DNA from: the human T2T-CHM13v2.0 reference genome, Homo sapiens
NCBI RefSeq assembly: GCF_009914755.1
Contig: NC_060944.1
Direction: 5' to 3' (one strand)
Length of the DNA: 64,000 bases
The notes beneath the pieces were generated by a model that saw only the letters and a program-made list of their open reading frames with translations, was not told the DNA's origin and did not search any database. Positions 41,895 to 57,298 of this stretch are shown here, in pieces. Numbering within the stretch: the stretch's first letter is position 1; every line of letters begins with the position of its first letter. The translations under genes and the position numbers were made by a program.

Positions 41895-44800
41895 CTTTAA
41901 AGTTAAAGGGTAGATGTACAGGTTTGTTATATAGGTCAATTGCATGTCATGGGAGTTTGATGTACAGCTTATTTCATCACCCAGGTAATAAGCATAGTAC
42001 CTGATAGACATCCTCCCCTCCTCCTTCCTCAAGTCGGCCCCATTGTCTGTTGTTCCTTTTCTTTGTGTTCATGTGTTTTCAATGTTTAGGTTCCACTTGT
42101 AAGTCAGAACATGCAGTATTTGGTTTTCTGTTCCTATGTCAGTTCATTTAGGATTATGGCTTTCAGCTCCATCCATGTTGTTGCAAAGGACATGATCTCC
42201 TTTTGTTTGTAGCTATGTAGTATTCCATGGTGTACATGTACCACATTTTCTTTATCCAGTCTACCATTGATAGGCATTTAGTTGGTTCCATGCTATTGGG
42301 AATAGTGCTATGATGAACATATGCACGCATATGTCTTTATAGTAGAATGATTTATATTCCTTTGGGTGTATACCCAGTGATGGAATTGCTGAGTCAAATG
42401 GTAATTCTCTTTTAAGTTAGTTGAGAAATTGCCACACTGCTTTCTAAAATGGCTGAACTAATTTACACTTCCACCAGCAGTGTAAAAGCATTCCCTTTTC
42501 TCCACAACCTTGCTAGCATCTGTTATTTTTTGACATTTTAATAATAGCCATTTTGACTGTGTGAGAGTTTCTCATTGTGGTTTTGATTTGCATTTCTCTA
42601 ATGATTAGTGATGTTGAGCATTTTTTCATATGGTTGTTGGCTGCATGTATGTCTTCTTTTGAAAAAAAATCCATCGTGTCCTTTGCCCACTTTTTAATGC
42701 AAGTGTTTCTTGCTTGTTAATTTGTTTAAGTTCTTTATAGATTCTGGATATTAGACCTTTGTTGGATGAATAGTTTGCAAATATTTTCTCCCATTCTGTA
42801 GGTTGTTTGTTTATTCTGTGGAACATTTCTTTTGCTGTGCAGAAGCTCTTTAGTTTAATTGGTATGGTTTATCAATTTTTGGTTTTGTTTCTATTGTTTT
42901 TGATGTCTTCACTGTGAAATATTTGCCAAGTCTTATGTCCAGGATGGTATTTCCTAGGTTATCTTCCAGGGTTTTTATAATTGTACATTTCACATTTAAG
43001 TCTTTAATCCATCTTGAATTCATTCGTGTATACAGTGTGAGGAAGGGATACAGCTTCAACTTTCTGCATATGGCTAGCCAGACAGTTATCCTATCACCAT
43101 TTATTGAATAGGGAGTTCTTCCTCCATTGCTTGTTTTGTCGACTTTGTCGAAGATCAGGTGTATGGTTTTATTTCTGGGTTCTCTATTCTGTTTCATTGG
43201 TCTATATGTCTGTTTTTGTACTAATACCATGCTGTTTTGGTTATTGTGGCCTTCTAACATGGTTTGAAGTCAGGTAACATGATGCCTCCAGCTTTATTCT
43301 TTCCACTTAGGATTGCCTTGGCTATTTGAGCTCTTTTGTGGTTCCATGTGAGTTATAAAATAATTTGTTTTCCGATTCTGTGAAAAATGTCATTGGTAAT
43401 TTGATAGGAATGGCACTAGATCTGTAAGTGCTTTAGGCAGTATGGCCATTTTAACAATATCGATTCTTCCTATCCATGAGCAGGAAATATTTTTTCGGTT
43501 GATTGTGTCATCTCTGATTTCTTCGAGCAGCATTTTATAATTCTCATTGTAGAGATCTTTCACCTCCCTGTTAGCTGTATTACTAAGTATTTTATTCTAT
43601 TCGTGGCTATTGTGAACGGAATTGCTTTCTTGAATCTTGGGTGTTGTTGGTGTATAGCAATGCTACTGATTTTTGCATGTTGATTTTGTATGTTAAAACT
43701 TTGCTGAAGTTATTTATCAGATCTAGGAGCTTTCGGGTAGAGACTATGGGTTTTTCTAAGTATAGAATCTTATTATCTGCCAACAGAGATAGTTTGACTT
43801 CTCTTTCTATTTGGATGCCTTTTATTTCTTTCTCTTGACTGATTGTTCTGGCTAGGACTTCCAGTACTTTGTTGAACAGGAGTGGTGAGAGTGGACATCC
43901 TTGTCTTATTCCATTTCTCAAGGGGGATGCTTCCAACTTTTGCCATTCAGTATGATATTGGCTTTGGGTTTGTGATAAATGGCTCTTATTATTTTGAGTG
44001 TGCTCCTTCAATGCCTAGTTTATTAATGGTTTTTAATATGAAAGGATGCTGAATTTTATCAAAAGCCTTTTCTGCATCTATTGAGATGATCTTATGGTTT
44101 TTGTTTTTATTTCTGTTTATGCACTGAATTGCATTTATTGGTTTGCATACGTTGAACCAACCTTGCATCCCAGGGATAAAACCTTCTTGATTGTGGTGGA
44201 TTAGCTTTTTGATGTGCTTGTGGTTTTTGCTGAGAATTTTTACATCTATGTTTATTAAGTATATTGGCCTGAAGTTTTCTTTTTCTGTTAAGTCTTTGCC
44301 AGGTTTTGGTACCAGGATGATACTGACCTCATAGGATGTGTTAAGGAGGAGTCCCTCCTCCTCCACTTTTTTGTAATAGTTTCAGTAGGAATCGTACCAG
44401 CTCTTCTTTATGCATCTGGTGGAATTCGGCTGTGAAGCCATATAGTCCTTTCCAGTTGCTAAGCTTTCTATTTCTGATTCAGTTTTGGAACTCATTATTG
44501 GCCTTTTCAGGGGTTCAATTTCTTCCTGGTTCAACCTTGGGAGATTTTGTGTTTCCAGCAATGTATCCATTTCTTCTAGGTGTTATAGATGGTGTGCATA
44601 GAAGAGTTCGTGGTACTCTCTGAGAGTTTTTTTAATTTATGATTGTGTTTATTTGGACCTTCTCTCTTTTCTTCTTCATTAGTCTACCTAGTTGTCTATC
44701 AAGCTTATTTATTCTTTCAAAGAACAAACTTCTGGATTTGTTTATCTCTTGTATGGTTTTTCACTCCTCAGTTTTCTTCAGTTCACCTCTGATTCTGGTT

Positions 44801-45115
44801 ACTTCTTGTCTTCTGCTAGCTTTGGGGTTGGTTTGCTCTTGTTTCTCTAGTTCTTCTACGTGTAATGTTAAGTTGTTAACTTGGGATCTTTCTAACTTTT
44901 TGATGTGGGCATTTAGCACCATAAGCTTCCCTCTTTGCACTGTTTTAGCTGTGTCCCAGAGATTCTGATATGTTGTATCTTTGTTCTCATTAGTTTCAAA
45001 GAATTCCTTGATTTCTGCCCTAATTTTATTGTTTACCCAAAAGTCATTCAGGAGCAGGTTGTTTAATTTCCATATAAGTGTATGGTTTTAAGTGATTTTC
45101 CTTGCATTGATTTTT
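41895..45115 (-). mobile_element. 5'-truncated L1 (L1PA13-16/L1PB-age), about 3.2 kb
   Basis: 3'UTR plus broken ORF2 peptides ([41 protein letters not shown]). Confidence 0.9.
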
Positions 45116-45200
45116 TAAAAACAACTCATTTTTAATGTGTATTTATGTGTTTATTTTGCCAATTACTCATTCAAGAGATAATTAAATGTGAAATCTCTAA

Positions 45201-45500
<300 letters not shown>

Positions 45501-47614
45501 TCCAAACCTTTTCTTACACTCCTGACTCGTGGTGTTTTACCTACAAGTTGTTTCTCATCCTCACCCCACTTGGAGCCCTTCCCCTGCATTCAGAATTCTT
45601 CAGCAGTCAGTGCCGGGACATATAAGCTCTGCATCCTCAATCTCCCCCAGTCCCTTTCAGATCGATTCATTGGCCGTCGACTGGACACCTGCCATGTTCG
45701 CGTGTTTAGTCCCATTGGATTCAACGGATATCACTGGTCACACAGCATCCTCCTTACTCAGGCATTTGCAGCCTGTGTAGATGGTAAAGGGGGGCACACC
45801 CCTTGCTGGTGGGACGCAAAGAGGCTCTGAGTGCTGAGGAGGGGGGAGTGCAGTACCCTGGGTGTGCGGAAGGCCGTCTGACCCTGTCTTCCACTGGGAG
45901 TCCATGAACAGATTTCTCTCTGAATTCCCTCCTCCTTCCTTCCCCTCGTGTCCTTTTCCATGGTCCTCTTCCAGAACACATTTGGAAGAATTGTCCCAGT
46001 AGCTCTCCCCAGGAGACAGATAATGGATGTCCATTGTACATTTGTCTGCACATAAAAGTGCAGTTTGGGAGGGAAGAAATAGAGTGCAGAAAAGATTCTG
46101 GCTTTGTGTCATGGAAATGGCTGCGTGTACTTTCCCTTGTTCCTGCTATACTATTTCAGGACACAGTTTGTTTCCCCCTTGGCTGCCTTATCCCGTCTTG
46201 TGTCTTTTTTCCAAAGAGCTCAAGACATTAAAGACCACAGCATTTCTTCCACTTTTTTCGTTGTTCTGGAAGGGATGCTAAGGCTGGGAGGGGGCTGCAT
46301 TTACACAGACTCACTGGGTGAGTCTGTGGTGGATCGGGGCTGGAATTCTGGTCACTGTGTTTCCTGGAGGCTCTGAGATCCCTAACATGACAGCTGTGTG
46401 ATGCACTCAGTGTGGTAAGCGTTGGACAGAAATATCTGAGTCCATCAACTCAACTGGGCTCCCTAGAACACAGAACCTGCAGCAAGGTTAGAATTCCGAG
46501 GCCTTATTTAGAAGTGTGATTCCAGGCCAGCGAACACGGGGGAAATGGAAAGGAGGTGTGGAAGGAGGCAGGGCAACATCTGATATTTCTCCCTTTGGAA
46601 GCAAAAGCACCAACTGAGAGTCACCTCGGTGTGCAAGAATCAGAGCAGCACCTTAGCCCCTCCATAGCTTTGGTGCCTTCATCAGAAAGCATAGAAGACT
46701 GCCTTTCCTCCTAAGACTCAAGGAGGTCAAAACTGCAGCATAGAGGTGCATTCTGGTCCATACCACCTCACATCAAATGACAATTTGGGTTATATAATAA
46801 GCTGACATCAATCGTTTTTTCAGAGTGCAACCTGTGTTAGCCAAATTGGAACCCAGGTTAAAGAGGGTAATAACATTCTCACCAGGACAGCCTTGTTTTG
46901 AGTGCAGTAGGGGCCTGTTTGGGTGTCAGCAGCAAGCCTTCGCTGGCCACAGCTCCAGTTCTCTGTTGAGCCAAGAAATGCGCTGCTGCAGACGGGCACT
47001 GTGCAGGGTATGGAGTGGAGGGCTTGCCGCCATGCACTCACGAAACAAGAATGGCAGCAAGGGCAAAGTGCTTTAGACGCACAATTCCACCTAATTCCCA
47101 CAGCAGCTCCATGAAATTAGTACTAGTATTATCACCATTTTACAGATGATAAATTTTACGAATTGGAATCCAGGTCTGTACAAATCAGGGTCTGTGCTGT
47201 TTTAAAAGCCTTCAGATATACCCAGAGCCACTGTTTCACAGAAAGTTTACAGTGAGTTTTATTTCATCTTCAAGAGAATCCTGAAATAGGAAAATTCTAT
47301 TGTACCCAGCAAGTGAGGAAGTCAGCACCCAGCAAGGTTGTTTAAGCTATTCAGGATCACACAGCAGGTTGGCTACACGCCAGGACTGGGTGGGGCCCAC
47401 AGTGGGTGAAACTGTGAGGAAATCCACAAGCACCTCTAGGTGCTCAGGATCGGCTCCTACAGATTCTAGTCCAATCTCATTCATGACCTCATTTGCTTTT
47501 CAGTTTAACAGTGCTTGGTTTTGGTTTACTATTTTTCCCATGGAAACATTTTTTAATTATGTCTTATCAGTTATTCTCCATTTATCCCAAAGGGTCAGTT
47601 TTGTGATTTTAAAA

Positions 47615-48885
47615 TTGACACTATGTAGACCTTTATCTTTCATCATACGCAAAAATCAACTCACAATGAGTTTAAGACTTAAACATAAGACCAAAAACTA
47701 TAAAACTACTAAAGAAAACCTAGGGAAATCGCTCCTAGATATTGGTCTAGGCGAAAGATTAATGGCTAGGACCTCAAAAGCACAGGCAACCAAAACAAAA
47801 ATAGACAAGCAGGACTTAATTAAACAGAAAAGCTTCTGCACAGCAAAAGAAATATTCAACAGAGTAAAGAGACAACTTGCAGAGAGGAAGAAAATATTTG
47901 CAAACTAGACATCTCACAAGGGATTAATATCCAGAATATGCAGGAAATTCAAACAACAGGAAAAAAACCTACACATAATCCCATTAAAAAGTGGGCAAAG
48001 GATTTGTATAGATTTCTCAAAATAAGACAAACTGCTAACAGATGTATGAAAAAATGCTGAACACCACTAATCATCAGAAAAATGCAAATCAAAATCACAA
48101 TGAGATATCATCATCTTATCCCAGTCAGAATGACTATTATTAAAAAGACAAAATAACAGATGTTGCTAAGTATGCAGAGAAATGGGAACTCTTATATACT
48201 GTTGGTGAGAATGCAAACTAGTACAACCATTATAGAAAACAGTATGGAGATTTCTCAAAAAATTAAAAATAGAATACCTTTGACCCAGCAATCCCACTAC
48301 TGGGTATCTACCCAAAGAAAAAGGAATAATTATATCAAATAAATACCTACACCCTCATAGTTACTGAAGCATTGTTCACAATGGCAAAAATATGGAATCA
48401 ACCGAAGTGCCAATCAGTGGACAAATGGATAAAGAAAATGTGGTATAGATACACAATGGAATACGATTTGGCCATAACAAAGAATGGAATAATGCCATTT
48501 TCAGCATCGTGGATGGAACTGGAGATTATTAAGTGAAATAAGCCAGGTACAAAAAGGCAAATACTACCTGCTCTCACTTATACACATGAGAGCTAAAAAG
48601 TCTGATCACATGGAGATAGAGAGTGGAAAGATAGATAACAGAGACTGGGAAGAGTGAGTAGTTGGGGGACGATGAAGAGTAGTGAGTTACAGGGTACAAA
48701 TGTACAGTTAGATAGAGGGAATACATTCAACGGTTGATAACAGTGTAGGGTGACTATAGTTAAACAAAACTCTATTATATCCAGAAGATGGACACCTTAA
48801 ATACCCTGACTTGATCACTACACATTATATACATCTAACACAATTTCAGAGGTATCTCATAAATTTGTACAAATTTTTAAAAAGT
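47615..48885 (+). mobile_element. L1MA-type 3' region
   Basis: ORF2 C-terminal remnant ([27 protein letters not shown]) and L1MA-like 3'UTR. Confidence 0.85.
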
Positions 48886-49423
48886 TATGCTACAGTATAC
48901 AGTCATTTGTTGGAAGAATCAAGTAATTTCTTTCATATGTCTTCACAAAAAATATCGAGCTTTCCACATATGTGATATATTATTATACATTTTTGAAAGT
49001 TAGAAAAAAGGAAAAGAGACTGGAAGAAAATCACGCCATCTGTAGGCAATGGGTGGTTTTTCTCTTCCTTCCTGAATGAGTCTTTGTGTTTATTTATTTG
49101 TTTGTTTTAGCACCGTTAATGTGAAGGGGATTGTCAAACCTTTCCTAGTTTGAAAATAACAGTCAGAATAGAAACCTAAATGCATAGCTTAACAAATTAT
49201 TTTAAAGCAAGTGGCCAAGTCACCATCACCCAGGTCAGGAATGTCCCTGGGACCCCCAGGGTAGAAGGACTAGCACCTTCCAGCCATCCTTCCTCCTTAT
49301 CGCTGCCCTTCCTCCCCACCCAGTGACCACTGGAATGACCTCCACAGAACACACTTTTCTTGCACATTTTTATTATTTTACCACCTAAATTTGAGTTCCT
49401 TAACCTTCATGTCTTCATCTTTC

Positions 49424-51600
<2,177 letters not shown>

Positions 51601-53051
51601 GCATTATTAGAAGCAGAAATCTATATTTCTGTTTCCTTAATTGTTTATACAGAGAATGTATTATTTTTATAACAGAAATATTTTTAACTACAAAATTGGA
51701 AGCTTGGTTGAAGGACCTAGATTATCTGTCACTTGAATTCTCATTTCTTCTGGTGCTAACTGAAATTCTAACTGGCTCTTTGCACTGCATGAGTAACCAA
51801 CACAATGCTATCGAGGCTAATGAGGAGTGTCAGGACATGGGACGAAGGCCATACAGCTCACTCCAATGCAAATAAAGAAACAATCTTTATTTAAATGCTA
51901 CAAAGAGCCACTGGGCATGGAATCTGCCACATTGTAGGTGCTCATTTAAATGCTGGTTGTGTTTGTATCTGATGCAAAGATGTGCACACCCGTGTTCTGC
52001 TTGGTCATTTCATAAAGATGAACCATGTGGTTTATAAATGCAGCATTACCAAAAAGTGTCCGGAGTTGGGAGAGATTGTTCGTGGCTAGGATCAAACCAT
52101 GCTGCCAAATCCTCTGAGCACATGCCTTTGGCAGGGCTGTAGACAAGTGTCCCCAACCCATGGGGACTTCTGGGGAGAGCTTCATTCCTAGTGCTCCAAG
52201 CTCTGCCATTGAGCAGGGAGGTGAGGGCTGGAGGTGCCCATAGGTGAGAGCTGTTCACAAGAGGTGTTAATTCCCTGGTCTTTCTGGCTTGTTCCTGCAC
52301 GGTAAGTGGAAACAATAATGACAGGCGTGCCCTGAGTGGGACACTGCCTCAGGGAGGAAGTAAATCGCAGGACTTCAGCTGTATGCAGCAGAAGGGAGAC
52401 ATGGACACACGCCTGGGATGGCAGCGGAGGGTCAGAAGCCCTGAGTGCAAAGCAGGGTCTGTCCACTAACAGGGCATTCTCAGCGAGGAAGCATTGCATT
52501 GAGAGTAGAGTAGACCATCAGGAGGAGTTGTCAGAAAGCAGCATATGGAAACGGTGTGTTCTGAAAACAACTCATCCTTAGCCCAGAAGAATTTTCTTCA
52601 CAAGGAAATGAGCAGAGACATTCGTCAGGCACTGTGGGGTCACAGTGGATACCTGCTCCTGCAGACAAATGGGGAGAAGAATATCTGAAAGAATGCCAGG
52701 GGAGTTCATTCTCCTCCACTCAACTGCCCCCAACCAGGAGCACATTCACAGTCAACCTTTGCCTGACACAATAATTGAACTGGGACTTTCCCAAACATCT
52801 GAAACAAAATGCCCTGGGTTTCTCCGAAGCTGTCACCTGTCCATCTTTCTAATCATTTATCTTACCAAAACAAACAACATTTTCATGTTCTCTCTAAACC
52901 TTGTCACAAAGACAGACTTCTTTTGAAATTTGTATTATTCTTTCTTTTTTTTTCAAAGTTGTGTGCTTAGAACATGTACATTGTGTGGAACTGGAGCTCC
53001 ACGGATTCCACACACTCGATGGTTTTGTTCATAATCATCCATAAGTGTGGG

Positions 53052-53682
53052 TGTCAGAGGCATTTGAACCAGAGTGACTCCATCTTGAACAGGGGCTGGT
53101 TAAGGTAACGCTGAGACCTGCTGGGCTGCATTCCCAGGTTAGGCATTCTAAGTCACAGGATGAGACAGGAGGTTGGCACCAGATACAGGTCATAAAGACC
53201 TTGCTGATAAATGGATGCAGTGAAGAAGCTGGCCAAAACCCACCAAAACCAAGATAGCGACAAAAGTGATCTCTGATCTTCCTCACTGCTCATTATATGC
53301 TAATTACATGCACCGCCATGCTAAAAGACACTCCCACCAGCGCCATGACAGTTTACAATGCCAAGGCAATGTCAGGAAGTTGCCCTATATGGTCCAAAAA
53401 GGGGAGGGACCCTCAGTTCTGGGAATTGCTCACTCTTTTCCCAGAAAAATCATGAAAAATCCACCCTTTGTTTAGCAAATAATCAAGAAATAAGCATAAA
53501 AAGAGCCAACCAGCAGCCCTCCCTTGGGGCTGCTCTGCCTGTGGAGTAGCCGTTCTTTTATTCCTTTACTTTTTTAATAAACTTGCTTTCACTTTACTCT
53601 ATGGACCCACCTCAAATTCTTTCTGGCATGAAGTCCAAGAACCCTCTCTTGAGGTCTGGATCGGGACTCCTTTCCGGTAACA
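53052..53682 (+). mobile_element. MER41B-like solo LTR (ERV1)
   Basis: TGTCAGAGG...GAACCAGAGTGACTCCATCTTGAA start; ...TTTCCGGTAACA end; about 630 bp; AATAAA at ~53576. Confidence 0.9.
53417..53446. promoter_or_regulatory. Tandem GAS (STAT1) motifs TTCTGGGAA (53417-53425) and TTCCCAGAA (53438-53446) in the MER41B LTR
   Basis: Both match TTCNNNGAA; function not shown by sequence alone. Confidence 0.55.
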
Positions 53683-55841
53683 CTGGGATAATATTCCGTG
53701 CACCCCGCCAGATCCCACTTTTATCCTTAAGTTCATTATTTTTTAACGTCCTCAGATTTATAGTAAATTGAGTCCCATCTAATGAATGCATCTGTTAGGC
53801 TCTGGTAGATTCAGAATCAGCCCAAAACCCAAGTTTTCCCTTGAGAGTCACAGGGCATCCAAGGTCATGGGCAGGTAGTTGGGGGGCATCTGGGTAAAGA
53901 CATGAAACCTGTGCTGGGGTCCAGGAGAAAGTCCTGGCAAAGGGCATCCCAACCAAGCAGGAGTGATGGAGCCACGCAGAAAGAAAATGCTACCCAGGGA
54001 CAGATGGGTGGGAAGGGTTTGCCGTGGGCCCACATCTACCTCCCTGGGTGAGTGACATGTAAACGAAGGTTGCAATGAGGGCTACAAGAGCCCAGCTAGA
54101 TACAAGCATAACATTGACTTTGCAGACAAATGCATTGAAAAACATTGCTAGAGGAACGGCTCCAATATTACTACATGGGTTTATTTTAACTTGTATCAGG
54201 GAAATGTGTGAGGGCAGTTAAATAGTCAAATGGTATCTCTCCTCTCTCTCTCTCCCTCCCCCAGTCTGTATCTCTGTCTCAATATGCATATTTAATATGC
54301 TGATTGTAGCTTCTGAGAGCTGTTTTGCAACTTCTGGATTTAAACAATTCCATATAAATATTAATGATCTGGTGCAGCCAAGACAAATCAGATTTCTTAT
54401 GTATTTTTTTCCTCTGGAATCCATGCTGCAGTTAGTTACTGATTTTAACTTGTTCTAGTGTATAAATGAACAAATACATCATGTCTGCTTTGCTCCTTGC
54501 AGTGGATTGGATAGATTTTTTTTTCCACTGATAGGTGATACATTGTCTTGGTAATTAGCATCTTGATTTTGTGATTATTTGTCTGTAGCAGAGAAAACAT
54601 GCATGTTGATTGTCCAAGGGCAGAGTCTGCAAAGCCTGTGACGTGTGGGACCCAGAGTTGACATAGCAATGCATTACATTACAAGCTGTGCACTCTTCCC
54701 TTTGGACTTAGGGCTCACCTCCAATTACATTTCCAACATGTGATCATTTTTCTTTAAATGATGTACCTGAAGCTTTTAGAATTTAGCATGCCTCCGACAG
54801 TAAAGCTGTCCACATGTTTCTTTTGCATCTCTTTTAAGATCGAGGACTTCTGTGCAGGTCCTACAGCACTATGGTTTTGTGTGGTGTCCCTCGGCTTCTG
54901 GTCACTATCTGTGGCCATTTCTGTGACTACCAGGCCAGCCTGGCCAGAGGCTGGGATGATCCAACAATGTGCTGGTTGATCACAGAGGCACTGGAGCATC
55001 ATTGCAAGTGTCTCCAGAACAGGCATGTGGGCAGTCAGTGCTGGCCTCAGATGGCCTCAAGCCAAGTCTCAAAGCTCCACCTGTCAGGGGATGTGGCTAT
55101 GAGGCTGTGGTTAGTGGGATGTCCCTGCCTCCTGAACAGCTGATGGTCAGGGGACTGACCCCTATTGCCATGAGCGACAACTCATGAACAATTTTCTCTG
55201 GGAAACTATTTCACTGAATTCTAATAGATATCTAGCAGATAATTACCCCAGATTTCACTTTGTCCCCAAATCTTAGGTTCTGTTGACCTCATGCTAAATC
55301 AAAAGCAGGAATTGCACTTTAAGGTAAAACCTTAGGTTATTATAGAATTGAATATTATATTATTGAGAAAGTTATTATAAAAAGAGAACAAATCTGAATT
55401 AGAAATGTCCATCTGGATGCTACTTTGAATAGATTTAGGAAACTTACTGTAGCCCAGTTAATCCTTACGGTATGGGTTTTCTGGAAGTAGAGATCCGGAG
55501 TTTAGATTCTGTGCTACAGGTGGGCAGAGCGCAGCACAAGTGCCCATCCCTGGGGTTATGTAGGGGAGCATACAGGATCAGTGGGGGCCAGGCTGCCAAG
55601 CAAGAAGATTGGAGTCAGCAGAAGGCTGTGTGCTCCTGTATTCGTCAGAATGATTACCCCTGGATGCTGACTTGGAAAGTGGATGCTGACGAGCAGAAGA
55701 AGCAGTGTTTGGAGGATGATTCTGGGATCTTCATTTTGAAGCTGCCCTGGGCAGTTGAGGCAGTACTGTCAATAGGGAGTTTGAAATAAGGAGTTTGCAA
55801 GAATCATGTGTTATATGAACGGACCTCTTTCTTTCCACTCA

Positions 55842-56216
<375 letters not shown>

Positions 56217-57015
56217 GAAAACTCCACCTCGTTCGGGCTGATGAGAGTCCCAGTTGGGCACCCTGGTTCTGGCCAAAGGGCCGTCCTCAATGCCTGATTC
56301 ACCCGGGCTGCTGGGGTGGAGAGTGGGGCTAGGAAGAGCCTCGGCCCATGACGAATGTTCACCCCTCCTGCTGCCTGGCTGTGACTTTTTCTCCTCAAGA
56401 GCGAGACATCTCCATGGGCCACATTCACAGTGGAGACGGCCTCGGGCTCCCCCTCTCCCTGCTTCAAGGGCCGAAATTCACAGGCAGCTGTGGGGACAGG
56501 GAAGCCCAACTGCTCTCTCACTAGCACACTGGGACTTGAGTTGGCCACAGTTGGAGAACCTTCTATCAATTACTTTCTTCCGTTTTTGTAGACTTTTTAG
56601 GTGTACTCCATTTGACGAAAACCTAATGATCTTTTAAAACTCCCAATATTTACAGTGGGTAAGTCAAGGGCAGTTATGTGTATCTCAGATACCCGAAGGT
56701 AACGTTAATGCATTAACATAATGTCCTGCAATTTACTTCAAGTATATTTAAAATACAGGTTTATACAGAAATCTATTTTAAACACTTTTCCCGGATGAGA
56801 TCCTCTTATGAAACAAGATGTCAGAGCACATTCAAAACATCTTCGGCAGCTAAACCCTCTAGTCTCCAGTGCTGAATTTTAGTGTTTCCTTCCAGTTGTA
56901 TACCTAATAAAAGATATTTTAATTATAAAGATATGATCTATCAATGCTTTCTAGAGTATAAACCCATGACAAATAATACAGAAATTATTTTAAATTTTGG
57001 CAATATTATCTCCTA

Positions 57016-57298
57016 TTTTTTTTTTTTTGAGACAGTCTCGCTCTGTCACCCAGTCTGGAGTGCAGTAGCGCAATCTCAGCTCACTCCGCCTCCCGGGTTC
57101 TAGCGATTCTCCTGCCTCAGCCTCCCAAGTAGCTGGGACTACAGGCACCTGCCATCATGCCCAGCTAATTTTAGTACTTTTAGTAGAGACAGGGTTTCAT
57201 CATGTTGGCCAGGCTGTTCTCAAACTCCTGACCTCAGGTGATCTGCCCACCTCAGCCTCCCAAAGTGCTGGGATTACAAGCGTGAGTCACCGCGCCCC
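57016..57298 (-). mobile_element. Alu (AluS-like)
   Basis: Antisense dimer. Confidence 0.95.

Noticed and set aside
47300-47908. 202-aa ORF as a novel fusion protein
   Set aside because: Chance read-through from unique sequence into a degenerate L1 ORF2 fragment; non-ATG start
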